The position numbers were made by a program, and so were the translations under genes. Shown here piece after piece: positions 1-17,890 of a stretch of 64,000 nt of DNA. The notes beneath the pieces were generated by a model, which was not told where the DNA came from, ran no database searches, and saw only the letters and a program-made list of their open reading frames with translations. The stretch is from the NCBI GenBank assembly GCA_951406725.2, contig OX597819.1, positions 32,302,001 to 32,366,000 on the forward strand. Direction: 5' to 3'. The stretch comes from Octopus vulgaris. Taxonomy: Eukaryota. Numbering within the stretch: the stretch's first letter is position 1; each line of letters opens with the position of its first letter.

Positions 1-718
1 CAATTATTCTTTTCATGGTCTCTAGGAGAAAAGAGAAAGAATGTAAAACCCGTGGATGGATGCGGTGAAAATCACTAAGTCACGTTATTTTCTAACTTTC
101 GTCGAATCATTGCAGACCTCCCTCGAATGTTTGTAAATCTCCATTGAATGATTGCAACCGTATGCACTCTGCAAGAGATATGCAACGAGGTTAAAGCCCT
201 TGAAAGAATTGAGACTAGGTGCTGACCAACACATTCAAACGTTGTATCTCCTTTTCAATTCTCTATTGCAAATAACTGCACTAAATTAGCTTTTCTTATG
301 ACAATAGAATAGGATCGTAGCCGATATGGTATTTCTCTGCAGACATATACCGCAGGAAACTGAGGGTTTGTTAAAGGCTTGCAATTTATCTAACACAGCC
401 TATGTAAAACTGCTGGTCTCACTCTAGTCTCTTGATATCCAACTATACTTTGAAAGTGTTTGGGCATTTTTTAGCTTGCCCAGTTTAGTGTCAACTAATT
501 ATTTTAAAATTTCTGTTGTGTACAATCTCTCTCTTTCTCACATACACAGACACAAGCACATACTCACTCACACACAAACTTATTCACACACATACCAACA
601 CACACTTATATTAAGACAACATTTATCAAAATTTCAGTTAAATTTCAGTCTTAAGCTTTGGGTCACCGTCAGGTAATTGGTAGGAGACACCTGTAGAGCT
701 GCACATCCTCTCATGTTT

Positions 719-721
<3 letters not shown>

Positions 722-795
<74 letters not shown>
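722..795. repeat. (CA)n microsatellite
   Basis: Uninterrupted CA run read directly. Confidence 0.95.
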
Positions 796-796
<1 letters not shown>

Positions 797-2039
797 GGAG
801 TGATCTGAACCGTGTGCGTTCATAATATGCTCCTGTGCTTTCATAATATGTCCCATCATTATATGATGATTCCACTGTTTAAATTTGAACATCGTAATGT
901 CACTTTGTCATCTCAGCTTTAAACTGCAGATGCTATGTTAAATATACCTACCGTTATATATCCTCTATTTCATCTAATAGTTCATCAGACTTACACATTT
1001 TGGCATAACCTTTATAAGATTGTCGTCTCTAAGTGTAACACCAGTCGAATTGAAGAGCGAAAACGCAAAACGCGACTATACCTAATGTAACGAATATAAA
1101 ATACACAATTAGAAATACATGTACCAGGAGGATAAAGACAACACTTATGTTTATAGTTTTCCTAAGAAGTATTTGCAATGTACAATTTCTAGTAGTTGCT
1201 ACCCTCTAGAAATGTCACATCTACGAGAAATGCTGAAAAAACGTTTGCAATTACCACCAGAAATGTTTGTAAAACCCTCAACTCGACATATTTGTCACAT
1301 CAAGAAGTATCTGAAATAATGTCGAGTTAAACACTTATCAAGACTTTTTAGAATTAACTATTAAAGATAATTCCATCTGATAAAAAAAAAATAAAAAAGG
1401 AAAAGAAACTACATTCTTCATCAATATTATTTCAAAGTCTAAAGAAATAGAAATCTTCAAAAGATTTCAAAGTTTAGTTTGCAACATGACACATCCACGA
1501 CTAGAAACTACTTTAAGAAACAAAACGAAATCAAATAAAAATGACTTCGGTACGAAATTTTACCTATGTTGATCATCTAACTTTAAAAGCCATACATTTG
1601 ACTGACAGGCATCCTCTAACACCTACATCTTCTGACAGTAGCTTTTAAATCCATCAAAGTGTCTACGGTGGAGTCTATATATCTTCTTACCAATAAATTT
1701 TTGATCCTCTTTTCTCGCTATTATGCTGCTTCTTAACAAAAAAGACTATATCTTCCTTCCAAAGCCATTCTACGATCTGTTAGATACGTGTGACAGAAGA
1801 GGTTTAAAATGTCCAAGACTTGTCCAAAGTAGTCACTATTTTATATACCAGAGATCACACTCCCGCCCCACTACATATCTTCATTTAATCATTAATTCAT
1901 TTGAAGTTTGGATTTGTTTTCCTAGCCTACCGTCACAAGAATTGTCATTAAAATGAAATGATTAAAAAAAAAAAAAAAAGAAACTTCACAATTCAGCAGA
2001 ACAGATTTAGCAAACAAATGCTATTCTATCTTCTAAAAT

Positions 2040-3300
2040 ACAACCCTGTTCATCTCTTGATACTTCGATTTAACCAGGCATATTCTATCCTGGCGTCCTT
2101 AACAACAATATCCGGTTGATTATCCTTTATCTCGTTTATGTGTATTGGCATATCGCAGAATATCATCAGTCTCTGAGGTCTTTCTGTATGCATTCCTTCT
2201 TGCTGATATTTATTAATACTGGTGTAATTTCCATCATATGAAAGCAGCAATTCTGCTAAGGCTCTAAGTATATTCTCTTTTCATTAATAATGAGTTGTTA
2301 GAATCTAGAATAGAAGGCGCATGGCTCAGTGGTTAGAGCGTCGAGCTTACGATTGTGAGGTTGTGAGCTCGAATCCCGGACCGGGCTGCGTGTTGTGTTC
2401 TTGAGCAAGGCACTTTATTTCACGTTGCTCCAGTTCACTCAGCTGTAGAAATGAGTTGCGACGTCACAGGTGCCAAGCTGTATCGACCTTTGTCTTTCCC
2501 TTGGATAACACTGGTGGCATGGAGAGGGGAGGCCGGTATGCATGGGCGACTGCTGGTCTTCCATAAACAACCTTGCCCGGACTTGTGTCTAGGAGGGTAA
2601 CTCTCTAAGTGCAATCCCATGGTCATTCATGACCGAAGGGGGTCTTTAGAATCTAGGTGGTTAATTGGTTCTTCCTAGTCTCTACGTATTCAACAGCTAA
2701 TGTATTTCACTTCATTATATGCATATAATGATTTCTGATGGGGCCAGTTTGATCCCGTACTACAATAAAAAGAGTCTTTCAGTCTTACCTGTGAGTGCTG
2801 TTCTTCCTCATCAATGTTGTAATTCTCCTTTGCAATTTCCATTCTGTTCAGTTTTTTTAAAGTATTGAGCCATGCAACATCTTTTCTAGCCCTCATCTTA
2901 CCACCGTTTTTAGTATAGTTTTAGCTTTTCCCAAATTTCTGTAAGGTTTCTACTTTGTCCTCACAAGTGTCTGTCATTTCAGCTTCTGTTTTATATTTAT
3001 TATTACCTTTGAAGGCATAAAACGATTTTAGGTTTTGTTCATGCTATTGCATTCATTTTCCATTGTTCTTCACAAGATATTTTTGTAGTTCTACTGTGAA
3101 TGTTCTATTATAGTTTTCTAGTTGCTAAATGCCCATACATCACTGTATTCGTGGTAAAAATAGTTTTCTACTCAGATTTTGTGTGCTGTATTCTAAATGC
3201 AGTTATTATATTTCTTCCCCCACTACTTGGTTTTTGTAAAATATTGCTTGTTCCTATAGCATTCAGTTAGGGATGTATCTTCACGTTATTACTGTGGAAA
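2040..3300 (-). pseudogene. Old, decayed R4/Dong-like non-LTR fragment interrupted by a SINE
   Basis: Minus-strand peptide IFCDMPIHINEIKDNQPDIVVKD matches the REL motif LLWNFTIQTDRKIDANRPDIILKD of the 6840-9266 ORF; many stops. Confidence 0.55.
2309..2645 (+). mobile_element. tRNA-derived SINE (family C) with 11-bp TSD
   Basis: A box TGGCTCAGTGG, B box GCTCGAATCC; TTAGAATCTAG at 2298-2308 and 2646-2656; related copy at 48928-49262. Confidence 0.85.
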
Positions 3301-4309
3301 GTGGAATATTGATGCTTTTAACCTCATTTATTTATTTTACGTTTAGCTCAATTTTATTAATCTAATGTGCTCATTATTTTCCTTCGTAGATCTTTGCAAA
3401 AATTGAAGAGCAAAAGGATCGGATTCACTTAAACTAGTACAAATGAAAGTAAAAATGATTGGGTAAAGCATGTCACAAAAGAAAGTGCGCTGTGTCTCCA
3501 AAACTTTATCCACGAAAAAGCGAGGGGAAGGTAATTTTAAACAAAATGACGAGACAAGTAGAATTAGTGTGACACAAACCTGCTTACATAGCTGTGCCAC
3601 TTTCGGAGGGTTTCATGAATACGAAGATCACTGGTCGAATTAATGATACAAACATTGTGCCATGGATCGTCGTCACCTTTGCGTCATAGTGCAAACGGAC
3701 ATGTAGAGAGAGCGGATGTGACCGACGATAACGCGTAGTCGAAGTATTTCTGCATTAGCCTTCAGTCTATGACAGGAATCGGGAAACATTTTTATCCAAT
3801 TACCCCAAAATATATTAATTTACTACGACGTAAAGGAAGATTTGAGAGGAAGAATGACATAGATTCTTTGAATTCAAAAGGCTTATTGAATCTATTTTAT
3901 TGAATCTATTTATAAGCTTCTATTTACACGTCCATTACATTGAACAGATACAGTGTTGCCAGAAGAAAAGTTTCTGTCGTAACAAGGAACATGTTTTTTA
4001 AAATATAATTTTACGTATGACTAATGAGTCCCCATTACCCCCAAGAATTTCATTTCTACTCTACTTAGGGTAATTTACCCTGGGTTCGCCGACACCTGGT
4101 CTATGATGATGTCCGATACACACAAGTCTATCGCAGAGGTGTGTTCTGTTAGAGAAGTAGAGAGGAGGCCAATGGGACTGATAAAGCTAAATACAAACCC
4201 AGTTACTGCATTGTGGTTGAAAAGCCACTGGAGGGTTTCTACTCATAAGAAGAAAAGCAAAATAAAAAAATAATATAAATAAAAAAACTAAATAAATAAA
4301 AATGAAATA

Positions 4310-4462
4310 AGAGGATGTGTGATAAGAAGCTTGTCTCCCAATCACATGGTTTCGGGTTCAGTCCCATTGCGTGGCACCATGGGCAATTGTCTTCTGTCAT
4401 AGCCTCGGGCTGACCAAAACCTTGTGAGTGGATTTGGTAGACAGAAATTGAAAGAAGCCCGT

Positions 4463-4520
<58 letters not shown>

Positions 4521-4700
4521 TGTATATATGTGTGTGTGTGTCTCTTGACAGGTGTTGGTGTGTAACTTAGCGGTTTGGCAAAGGAGAACGATAGAATAGG
4601 CGGTAGGCTTTAAAATAATTCCTGGAGTCGATTTGTCCGACTAAAACCCTTAAAGGCGGTGCACCAACATGGCCGCAGTCAAACGACAAATATATAGAAG
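4310..4700 (+). mobile_element. SINE family B (tRNA-like head, internal TA/CA tract)
   Basis: Body GGCACC(T/A)TGGGCAA...GTGAGTGGATTTGGTAGAC and tail CATGGCCGCAGTCAAA recur more than 10 times in the window. Confidence 0.8.
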
Positions 4701-4999
4701 AATAAAAGAATAAAAATAAATAAAATAACTAACCAGATGAAATAAATGAATAAACGATAGGGGAGCGGCAGATAGCATCAATGACAGTGGAAGGCCTAGC
4801 AATAAAGACTGTAAAATGTACTGTTGCTCTTTCCATAACGCTATTATTGATCGCAAGTCCGAGAATGGCCATAGCGGAACCAAGCTAAATCGCACTTTTC
4901 TCAGAACCACAAGAACCAACGTCCGCAACGTTTGAGAAACTGATAGGTTTTTAATTCAGCGTTGTTTGCCAGAGAGTAAAAGTAGATGTGCCTCCCCAA

Positions 5000-5370
5000 C
5001 GTGGTGCAGCGATGTAGAGGACATACAGCATGGAGGAATTTGGGAAACTGCCGGGCACTGGAAAAGGCTCATGGAATAGTTACATCGGCGTTAGGTTTTA
5101 AAAAAGGCTACTTAGTATCGTTGAAGGAAAGCGGGGATTTTCAGGGACCCATGATGATGTTTAAATGATCCGTGGTGATTACTTAGAATTTATTGCAGTT
5201 GAAACCTTGAATCAGTAGATCTTGGTGATAGATGGATAATACATGCTGATGTCAAATTGCGTGAAAGAGTAGTCTTGTTTATGTTCTTGGTGAAAGAGAT
5301 CGCTCTTTCCAGGATGCTATTGCTCTCCTGACAAGTTGCGAATTTGTAGAATTTATTTTTCCAATTTCGG
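5000..5370 (-). pseudogene. Possible highly decayed Penelope-like RT fragment
   Basis: Minus-strand peptide KFY...SILERAISFTK loosely resembles the PLE RT segment FYPSI..LL..AI.FA. Confidence 0.25.
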
Positions 5371-5386
5371 ATTTACACACACACAC

Positions 5387-5451
<65 letters not shown>
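5387..5451. repeat. (AAT)n, 5' flank of the Dong-like element
   Basis: Read directly. Confidence 0.95.
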
Positions 5452-9556
<4,105 letters not shown>

Positions 9557-9567
9557 CATTATTATTA

Positions 9568-9770
9568 AAGGCGGCTGGTAGAATCGTTAGCACGCCGGGC
9601 GAAATGCATAGCAGCATTTCATCCGTCTCCACATTCTGAGTTCAAGTTCTCCCGAGGTCGACTTTGTCTTTCGGGGTCGATGAAATAAGTACCAGTTACG
9701 CATTGGGGTCGATGAAATCGACTATTCCCTCCTCCAAATTTCAGGCCTTGTGCCAATAGCAGAAAGGACT
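9568..9770 (+). mobile_element. SINE family A (Nin-domain-like)
   Basis: GGCGG..GGTAGAATCGTTAGCACGCCGGGCGAAATGC head and GTCGACTTTG..TTTCGGGGTCGAT..AAGTACCAG core, shared with many copies. Confidence 0.8.
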
Positions 9771-9860
9771 ATTATTATTATTGTTGTTGTTATTATTATT
9801 ATTATTATTATTAATATTATTATTATTATTATCATTCTTCTTCTTCTTCTTCTTCTTCTT

Positions 9861-9952
<92 letters not shown>

Positions 9953-9972
9953 CATTATCATTGTTATTATTA

Positions 9973-10688
9973 TTTTCGTTGGCATCTTCTTTCAATCCTG
10001 TTTCCATTTCTTGCCGAGCGCCTTCCTGACACCTAGGGCAGAGAAACGTACAGTATGCATTGGTAGGCCATTAAAACAAGCACACCAGATTATTCATTTA
10101 CAGAATAATGTGATAGAGAAAAAGGGGAAAAACAGAGAGAAAAATAAAAACAGAAAAGTTAACAATTAAAATAAATAGGTAAAAAAGGAAAGAGAATTCA
10201 CACCGACAATATTCTTCTCAATACGTGTGACCTACTAGTTAAGACAATCTTTTGCACTTCCTGCATGGATGGTAAACCAGGGATCACTCTTAAATAATTT
10301 TCAGTTCCTTTTTTGATCATTCCAAGTGCACCTACAATCACGGGTATTGTAACCGTGTTTAGATGCCACATCTTTCGGATTTCGATTAGCAGATCTTTAT
10401 ATTTTATGAGCTTATCAAATTCTTTTGCCGAGATATTATGGTCACAGGGTATGCTCATGCCAATCAATAAACAGACTTTATTGTTTTGGTCTTTCACAAC
10501 AATATCTGGTTTATTAGCTTTCGTGGTCCGATCTGTACATACTAGGAAGTCTCAAACAATGGTTACATTTTCTCCCTCAGTTACAGTCTCAGGGTGGTTC
10601 GTGTACCCTTTGTCAGCAGTTTTGATTTTATAATGCCGACACATTATCCAATGTAGCTATTGGCCAACTCTGTAATGTTTTGATTTCT
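9973..10688 (-). mobile_element. 5'-truncated R4/Dong-like element (REL domain plus 3' UTR), second subfamily
   Basis: KPDIVVKDQNNKVCLLIGMSIP...KYKDLLIEIRKMWHL.TVTIPVIVGALGMIKKG parallels the C-terminus of the 6840-9266 ORF; (AAT)n on both sides in element sense. Confidence 0.85.
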
Positions 10689-10710
10689 AATATTATTATT
10701 ATTATTGCTA

Positions 10711-10793
<83 letters not shown>

Positions 10794-11346
10794 GAGTGAG
10801 AGAGCAGTTCATGCCGTCAAAGTGACACTGGGGTAAAATATACGAAGCCCAATATACCCATCATGACTACCCGTCTGATAAGGGTTCACCAGGCACATGC
10901 ATCACAACCATATGTGCGCGACATGATGATCTCATATGAAGATAAACAGCACATGACCTTGCAGGTGGTGCCCAGTTAGAATTTTCTTCAGGTTGAGTAG
11001 CCTATCCCGCTCAAAAGGTCCCTGAATAAGGGTTGTTTAAGGATGTTGAAAGAACCACCCATGTTTCCAGAGGTGAATTATTCAAACCCCAAAGAATCCC
11101 TCTCAACACATGGCTATGATGATCCCCCACTACTTCTGCCCGTGATCAGAGATGCACATATCGTCAGCCACTAAGGGACATGCTCAACTGGTTACGGTCA
11201 AACAACTGACAAGCAAATCTGTGGTATTGAGCAGAATATTTGCTGTAGCCCATCTTTTATACCAAGACAAAACAATGTACATGATAACACTTCCAATCAG
11301 TTAAGATCAGAAGCCATGAGAGCCATTGCCTGGTACTGCATCAGGG

Positions 11347-11347
<1 letters not shown>
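10794..11347 (-). mobile_element. ~554-bp non-coding (AAT)n-embedded element, copy 1
   Basis: Closely similar to 13652-14205 and 16064-16539, more diverged at 50966-51418; ATT/AAT runs on both sides. Confidence 0.85.
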
Positions 11348-11413
<66 letters not shown>

Positions 11414-11813
11414 AAAACCACAAAAAGACTTGTGAAACAGATTTACCGAGTCTTTTTGTGGTTTTAATATCTTTAATCTCATAACTGATCAAGGGCTATA
11501 CTACTTGAAACTCATACCACACAGTATAAATATATAATAAATATATAATAAATGTATATATATATCGATGCTATTATATTAAACTGTCGTATGTCCAAAT
11601 TTGACCAAATGCGTTTTCTTTCAATATTTAATTTTGCCGGCAATAACCGGTTCTTTTGGTCAAACTATAGTATCTCCAGCTGCTTTCGATGCCAAGATAT
11701 CAAAAGTTGTCAAAGTGTAGGACAACGGTTTTCCTATGGACTGGTGAAATTACTTTTTGGTTTTCTGAAAAAGCAACGTTTTGGACTATAGGCACTTTTG
11801 CATATTGGCAACA

Positions 11814-11903
<90 letters not shown>

Positions 11904-12041
11904 ATATATAGGTATGTGTGTGTATGTATAAGCATACATATATACATATGCATATACATGTCTTTATACATGCATATATAATTATATTTATCGAGGCAGA
12001 GGAAGACAGACACCTAGAATGGAAATAAGAGAACGAGAGAA

Positions 12042-12096
<55 letters not shown>

Positions 12097-12719
12097 CTAA
12101 TAGGAATCCTGAATTATATTTTAATGACTAGTTTATTTCCACCAGTCTTCAACCCAGCAGTCCTCACATTGACACCACCACGACCACCACTACCACCACC
12201 ACCATTTGCACGACGACCACCACCACGACCATCACCACTGCCACCACCACCACCACCACTTACAGTGCTCATCTCCCCTTTTTTTGTCGTTGTATAACGC
12301 ATTTACAATATGAATAGTATGGCTAATACGATGGACATTGATCACACAGCTGCATCGCTGGTGCTCTACCAGACAGACATCCCAGTATCTCGCTACGAAG
12401 CTATCCATCACTCATTAGCTGTTATCGTACGGCATCATATTGATTTCTTATTTGTGAAACATGTGTGTGTGTGTGTGATGTGTGTGTGTGTGTGTGTGTG
12501 TGTATGTATATTTGTATATATGTATATGAAACACGTATGTGGTGTATATATAAAAACACATATACATATGTGCTTATACATTATGTATATAATTATGTAT
12601 GTATGTATGAATGTATATATATATATATATGTTCACATACATATACATGTATATATATATATGAATACACCAGCACACACACACATATATACACACAGCG
12701 TGCGCACACATACATGCGA

Positions 12720-12761
<42 letters not shown>

Positions 12762-12995
12762 CACAAAGTGAAGGAATGGCATGAAAGTAGAGTAGAGATA
12801 AATCAAATGATGGAGAATGTAAGATGGCGGAAGAGGAAAGTAAATTTCGGACAGAGAAAAAAAATCATTGAAAAAAAGCAGACCAGATTAGACAATAGTC
12901 AATGATTTGTCGTTACTCCTCCAAGAAAAATTGTTTCTTTTTCTTTTCTGCTGCTTGTCTGGTTCTCTGTTTATCTGTTTATCGGATTGGTTTCA

Positions 12996-13250
<255 letters not shown>

Positions 13251-13507
13251 TGTTTATATGTCTTTAGTATATGTTGCAGATCAAAAATCGTTGTTTCTTT
13301 TCTCCATTCTTTCACACTCTTTCATTTCTCATCCTTTTCTCAATCATTCATTCATTCACTCATTCATTCAATCATTCATTCATTCATTTATTCATTCATT
13401 CACTTATTCATTCATTGTGTTTAATTTTCTTCCTTTCATTTATTATCACTTTCTACTTGCCTTATTTTCATTTATTTTGTCCGTTCTAATTAATTATCAT
13501 TACTACA

Positions 13508-13563
<56 letters not shown>

Positions 13564-13651
13564 GACTACTACTGCTGCTGCTGCTGCTGCCGCTGCTGTC
13601 GCCGCTGCTGCTGTTGCTACAGGTGTTGCTGCTACTATCTTTATTATTATT

Positions 13652-14205
13652 GAGTGAGAGAGCAGATCATGCCATCAAAGTGACACCGGGGTAAAATATA
13701 CGAAGCCCAATATACCCATCATGACTACCCGTCTGATAAGGGTACACCAGGCACATGCATCACAACCATATGTGCGCGACATGGTGATCTCATATCAGGA
13801 TAAACAGCACATGACCTTGCAGGTGGGGCCCAGTTAGAATTTTCTTCAGGTTGAGTAGCCCATCCCGCTCAAACGGTCCCTGAATAAGGGTTGTTTAAGG
13901 ATGTTGAAAGAACCACCCACGTTTCCAGAGGTGAATTATTCAAACCCCAAAGAATTCCTCTCAACACACGGCTATGTTGTTCCCCCACTACTTCTGCTCG
14001 TGATCAGAGATGCACATATCGTCAGCCACTGAGGGATATGATCACATGGTTAAGGTCAAACAACTGACAAGTAAATCTGTGATATTGAGCAGAATATTTG
14101 CTGTAGCCCATCTTTTATACCAAGACAAAACAATGTATATGATAACACTTCCAATCAGTTAAGATCAGAAGCCTTGAGAGCCACTGCCTGGAACTGCATC
14201 AGGGC
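13652..14205 (-). mobile_element. ~554-bp (AAT)n-embedded element, copy 2
   Basis: Aligns by eye with 10794-11347. Confidence 0.85.
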
Positions 14206-14531
14206 AAACCATGAGAGCCACTGCCTGGTACTGCATGAGGGCAGGCATGAGAGCCACTGCCTGGCACTGCATCAGGACAAGCCATGAGAGCCACTGCCTG
14301 GTACTGCATCAGGGCAAGCCATGCGAGCCACTGCCTGGTACTGCACCAGGGCAGGCATGAGAGCCACTGCCTAGTACTACATCAGGGCAAGTCATGAGAG
14401 CCACTGCCTGGTACTGCATCAGGGCAAGCCATGAGAGCCACTGCCTGGTACTGTATCAGGGCAGGTACTGCATCAGGGCAAAGTTACTGCATCAGGGCAA
14501 AGTTACTGCATCAGGGCAAATGTACTGCATC
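14171..14531. repeat. Tandem array: eight 36-37-bp units, then 3-4 units of 18-19 bp, made of the element terminus
   Basis: Unit GCCATGAGAGCCACTGCCTGGTACTGCATCAGGGCAA; no unique spacers. Confidence 0.9.
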
Positions 14532-14534
14532 TCA

Positions 14535-14595
<61 letters not shown>

Positions 14596-14961
14596 CATTA
14601 TTGTTATTATTCATATCATCACTATTATTACTATTGATAATTGGAGGTGTGTTTTTGGAGCGCCGTAAATTTATGTGTAATGCCCTTGTTTAAAATGTTC
14701 TATACCGTATTTTGTTGTTTAAATTGTTTTGCAAGACAGCTGCCTTTCAGGTGGAGGGTAGCGGGGGGGGGGGGGGGCTGTCGTTTGTTAAGCAAAACCC
14801 CATTTTGCGGGTGATACAAATGTTTTTGCCTTCAAATTTCTTCGAAAAAAAGAAAAACATTGAAGGTGGCAACAAAAAGCGGGAGTGAAGAAGGAAGATG
14901 GTACCGGCAATTTGCACGAGGACTTCTTCGTCCTCCCCACCATGATTGGCAGTTGACAGCA

Positions 14962-15040
14962 GGAAGAAAAGAAAGAAAGAAAGAAAGAAGAAGAAGAAGA
15001 AGAAGAAGAAGAAGAAGAAGAAGAAGAAGAAGATGAAGAT

Positions 15041-15071
<31 letters not shown>

Positions 15072-15216
15072 GAGAAAGAGAAGAAGAAGAAGAAGAATAA
15101 GAAGAAGGAGAAGGAGAAAGAGAAGAAGAGGAAGAAGAAGAAAGAAGAAGAAGAAGAAGAAGAAGAAGAAGAAGAAGAAGAAGAAGAAGAAGAAGAAGAA
15201 GAAGAAGAAGAAGAAG
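14962..15216. repeat. (GAA)n purine tract
   Basis: Read directly. Confidence 0.95.
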
Positions 15217-15897
15217 CACGCGTGCGCACAGGCACGGGTGTGCAGTCAGTAGGGCTTGTCTGAGATGCTCGCGGAGCGATGAAACCACTTTACATGCTCT
15301 CATACAGTGTCCTCACATTGCTGACTTGTGGAGATTTGTCGAAAAGTTATTGTCACGTGTAGGACGGATCCAGCTATCGACCGAGTCCATTATGAAGATC
15401 GCGCCATCTCCTTCTTTTGGCTGGGAAAGGAGGGCAATTTTTCTCTGTCTGGTAGCTATGGAAAAAGAGGTTGTGTGGTGGACACAATTGAAATGGTTGA
15501 AGACGGGTACCTTCTTTAACCAAGTCCTCATTGATTTTTTAAGGTTACACCTGAAAAGGAAAGTGAGGCTGGATAGGGAGGTACTATCACCCAGTATGTT
15601 CGTTGAAAGGTGGGTGGATGTAACAAGAATGACCCACGTGAATGGGTCAACTCTAACTGTGTGTCTGTTGGCCGGATGGAAGGGAGAAGAGAGGGTACCT
15701 TCCTTAGGAGCCGTTGGTATTAAGGGGTTCAAAGAGCGTGAGGTCTCTTTGGTCACCTAAGGTGGAACTTACACCTGTTGTCCAAGCATATTGTTGATTT
15801 AATCTCTTTGTTAATTGTTTTGTTTGTTTGCTGTTCACATGTTTAATCTCAATCTCCATCATCTGTGTTTTGTGTTCAGCCCTGGCGGGCAATAAAG
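15217..15897 (+). mobile_element. 3' fragment of an L1/Tx1-like LINE (ORF2 C-terminus)
   Basis: CLRC-SRSDETTL-H-ALIQ-C (CX2CX8HX4C) followed by ADLWRFVEKLL; AATAAA then (ATT)n tail. Confidence 0.65.
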
Positions 15898-15899
15898 TA

Positions 15900-15960
<61 letters not shown>

Positions 15961-15979
15961 CATTATCATCATCATTATA

Positions 15980-16063
<84 letters not shown>

Positions 16064-16539
16064 GAGTGAGAGAGCAGTGCATGCCATCAAAGTGACACTG
16101 GGGTAAAATATACGAAGCCCAGTATACCCATCATGACTACCCGTCTGATAAGGGTACACCAGGCACATGCATTACAACCATAAGTGCGCGAAATGGTGAT
16201 CTCATATCAAGATAAACAGCGCATGACCTTGCAGGTGGGGCTCAGTTAGAATTTTCTTCAGGTCGAGTAACCCATCCCGCTCAAAAGGTCACTGAATAAG
16301 GTTTGTTTAAGGATGATGAACGAAACACCCATGTTTCTAAGGTTGAATCATCCAAACCCCAAAGAATTCCTCTCAACAAATGGCTATGATGCTCCCCAAC
16401 TCCTTCTGCTTATAATCAGAGATGCACATATCATCAGCCACTAAGGGACATGCTCAACTGGTGAAGGTCAAGCAACTGACAAGTAAATCTGTGGTATTGA
16501 GCACAACATTTGCTCTAGCTCATCTTTTATACCAAGACA
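16064..16539 (-). mobile_element. (AAT)n-embedded element, copy 3, 5'-truncated
   Basis: Same sequence, lacking about 75 nt at the GCCCTGATG end; ATT runs on both sides. Confidence 0.85.
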
Positions 16540-16556
16540 TTTTATTAGTATTATTA

Positions 16557-16617
<61 letters not shown>

Positions 16618-16618
<1 letters not shown>

Positions 16619-17050
16619 AAGACGGCGAACTGTCAGAATCGTTACAACGACTGGCAAAATGCTTAGCAGCAATCCGTCCATCTGTACGTTCGGCGTTTAA
16701 ATGCCGTTGAGGTCAGCTTTGCCTTTCATCTTTCGGGGTTGATAAAATAAGTAACAGTTGAATCCCGGAGTTGATTTAATCGACGTAAACCCCCGCCCAA
16801 TTCCTTGACTTGTGCTACTACTTGAAACCAGTAGAGACGGTGAAATTGCAGAATCGTTAGCACGCCGGCCAAAATGCTTAGCGACATTTAGTCTTGAGCT
16901 TATTGCGTTCAAATTGTGCCGCAGGCAGCTCTGCCTTTCATTCTTTCGGCGTCGATGAAATACGTACCAGTTAAGTACTGGGATCGCTGTACTCGACTAT
17001 CCCCCACCCATGTCCATATTTTTCGGGCCTGCTGCCTGTAGTAGAGAGGA
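16618..17050 (+). mobile_element. Two tandem, diverged family A SINEs
   Basis: AGAATCGTTA..C..GGC.AAATGCTTAGC heads and TTTGCCTTTCAT..TTCGG.GT.GAT cores. Confidence 0.7.
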
Positions 17051-17185
17051 TTATCATTGTTTTTATTATATGCCACCGATGTTGTCTTTGCCGTCACCCT
17101 TTCGGGGTCTATAGAATAAGTAGCTATTGAGCAATGGGGTTAATTTAAACAACTTTCCTCAAAACTACAGTCATTGTGCAAAATA

Positions 17186-17402
17186 AGCAGGGGTATTGGG
17201 GGAAGATCGTAGATATGTGCTGAGAGAAATTCTTTGGGGTTTGAACAATTCAGCTCTGAAAACATGGGTATTTTGTATCTTGGACAAACCTTATTCAGGG
17301 ACATTTTTAGTGGGATGGGCTACTGAACCTGAAAAAAAAAAAAAAAAAAAAAGAGAAATTCAAACTGGGTCCCAATTGTAACGTCGCGCTGTTTATCTTG
17401 AA
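17186..17402 (+). mobile_element. Decayed internal piece of the (AAT)n-embedded element
   Basis: TTCTTTGGGGTTTGAA..AAACATGGGT..CCTTATTCAGGGAC..GGGATGGGCTACT matches the reverse complement of copy 1. Confidence 0.7.
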
Positions 17403-17464
17403 AGAAAAATCAAGTTTGGGGCCCGTAGAATTTTGGAATTTTTTCAGTTTTCACTCAAATTGGT

Positions 17465-17717
17465 ATTCTTTTACTCTTTTATTTGCTTCAGTCATTTGAC
17501 TGCGGCCATGCTGGAGCACCACCTTTTAGTCAAAGAAATAGACGTCAGTACTTATTCTTTGCATGCATCGTACTTATTCTATCGGTTCTCTTTTTCTCAA
17601 CCACTAAGTTACGGGGACGTAAACAAACCAAAATCGGTTGTCCAGCGATGGTGTGTGCGCGTGTGCGGGGACAAGCACAGACACAGAAACACACATAAAT
17701 ATGTGCATATATATATG

Positions 17718-17772
<55 letters not shown>

Positions 17773-17890
17773 GACAGGCTTCTTTACTGTTTCCGTCTAT
17801 TAATCCACTCACAAGGCTTGGGTCGACTCATGGCTATAGTAGAAGACACTTGCCCAAGGTTCCATGGAGTGGGACTGAATCCGGAACCTG
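17465..17890 (-). mobile_element. SINE family B
   Basis: Reverse complement of family B body and tail. Confidence 0.8.

Noticed and set aside
245-320. PFQF...KLAFLMTI resembling a Helitron Pif1 helicase motif
   Set aside because: Single short degenerate match with stops; not enough to call.
1045-1080. Hammerhead-like TTGAAGA-GCG-AAAA-CGC-AAAAC
   Set aside because: Two core positions are altered and there is no clear cleavage triplet; at best a dead relic.
9722-10029. Low-complexity ORFs here and throughout (poly-N/I/L/Y, IYIY, CVCV, YLSI, MYVC)
   Set aside because: Translations of microsatellites.
11270-11347. HDV-like ribozyme at the 5' end of the 554-bp element
   Set aside because: A GG plus P4-like hairpin is present, but I could not build P1, P3/L3 or find the catalytic C.
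12114-12302. Pro-rich or Gly-rich ORFs
   Set aside because: Arise from a degenerate (CCA)n tract inside a dispersed repeat.
14171-14463. CRISPR-like 36-37-bp repeats
   Set aside because: Units are contiguous with no unique spacers, derive from the adjacent element end, and no cas genes are present.
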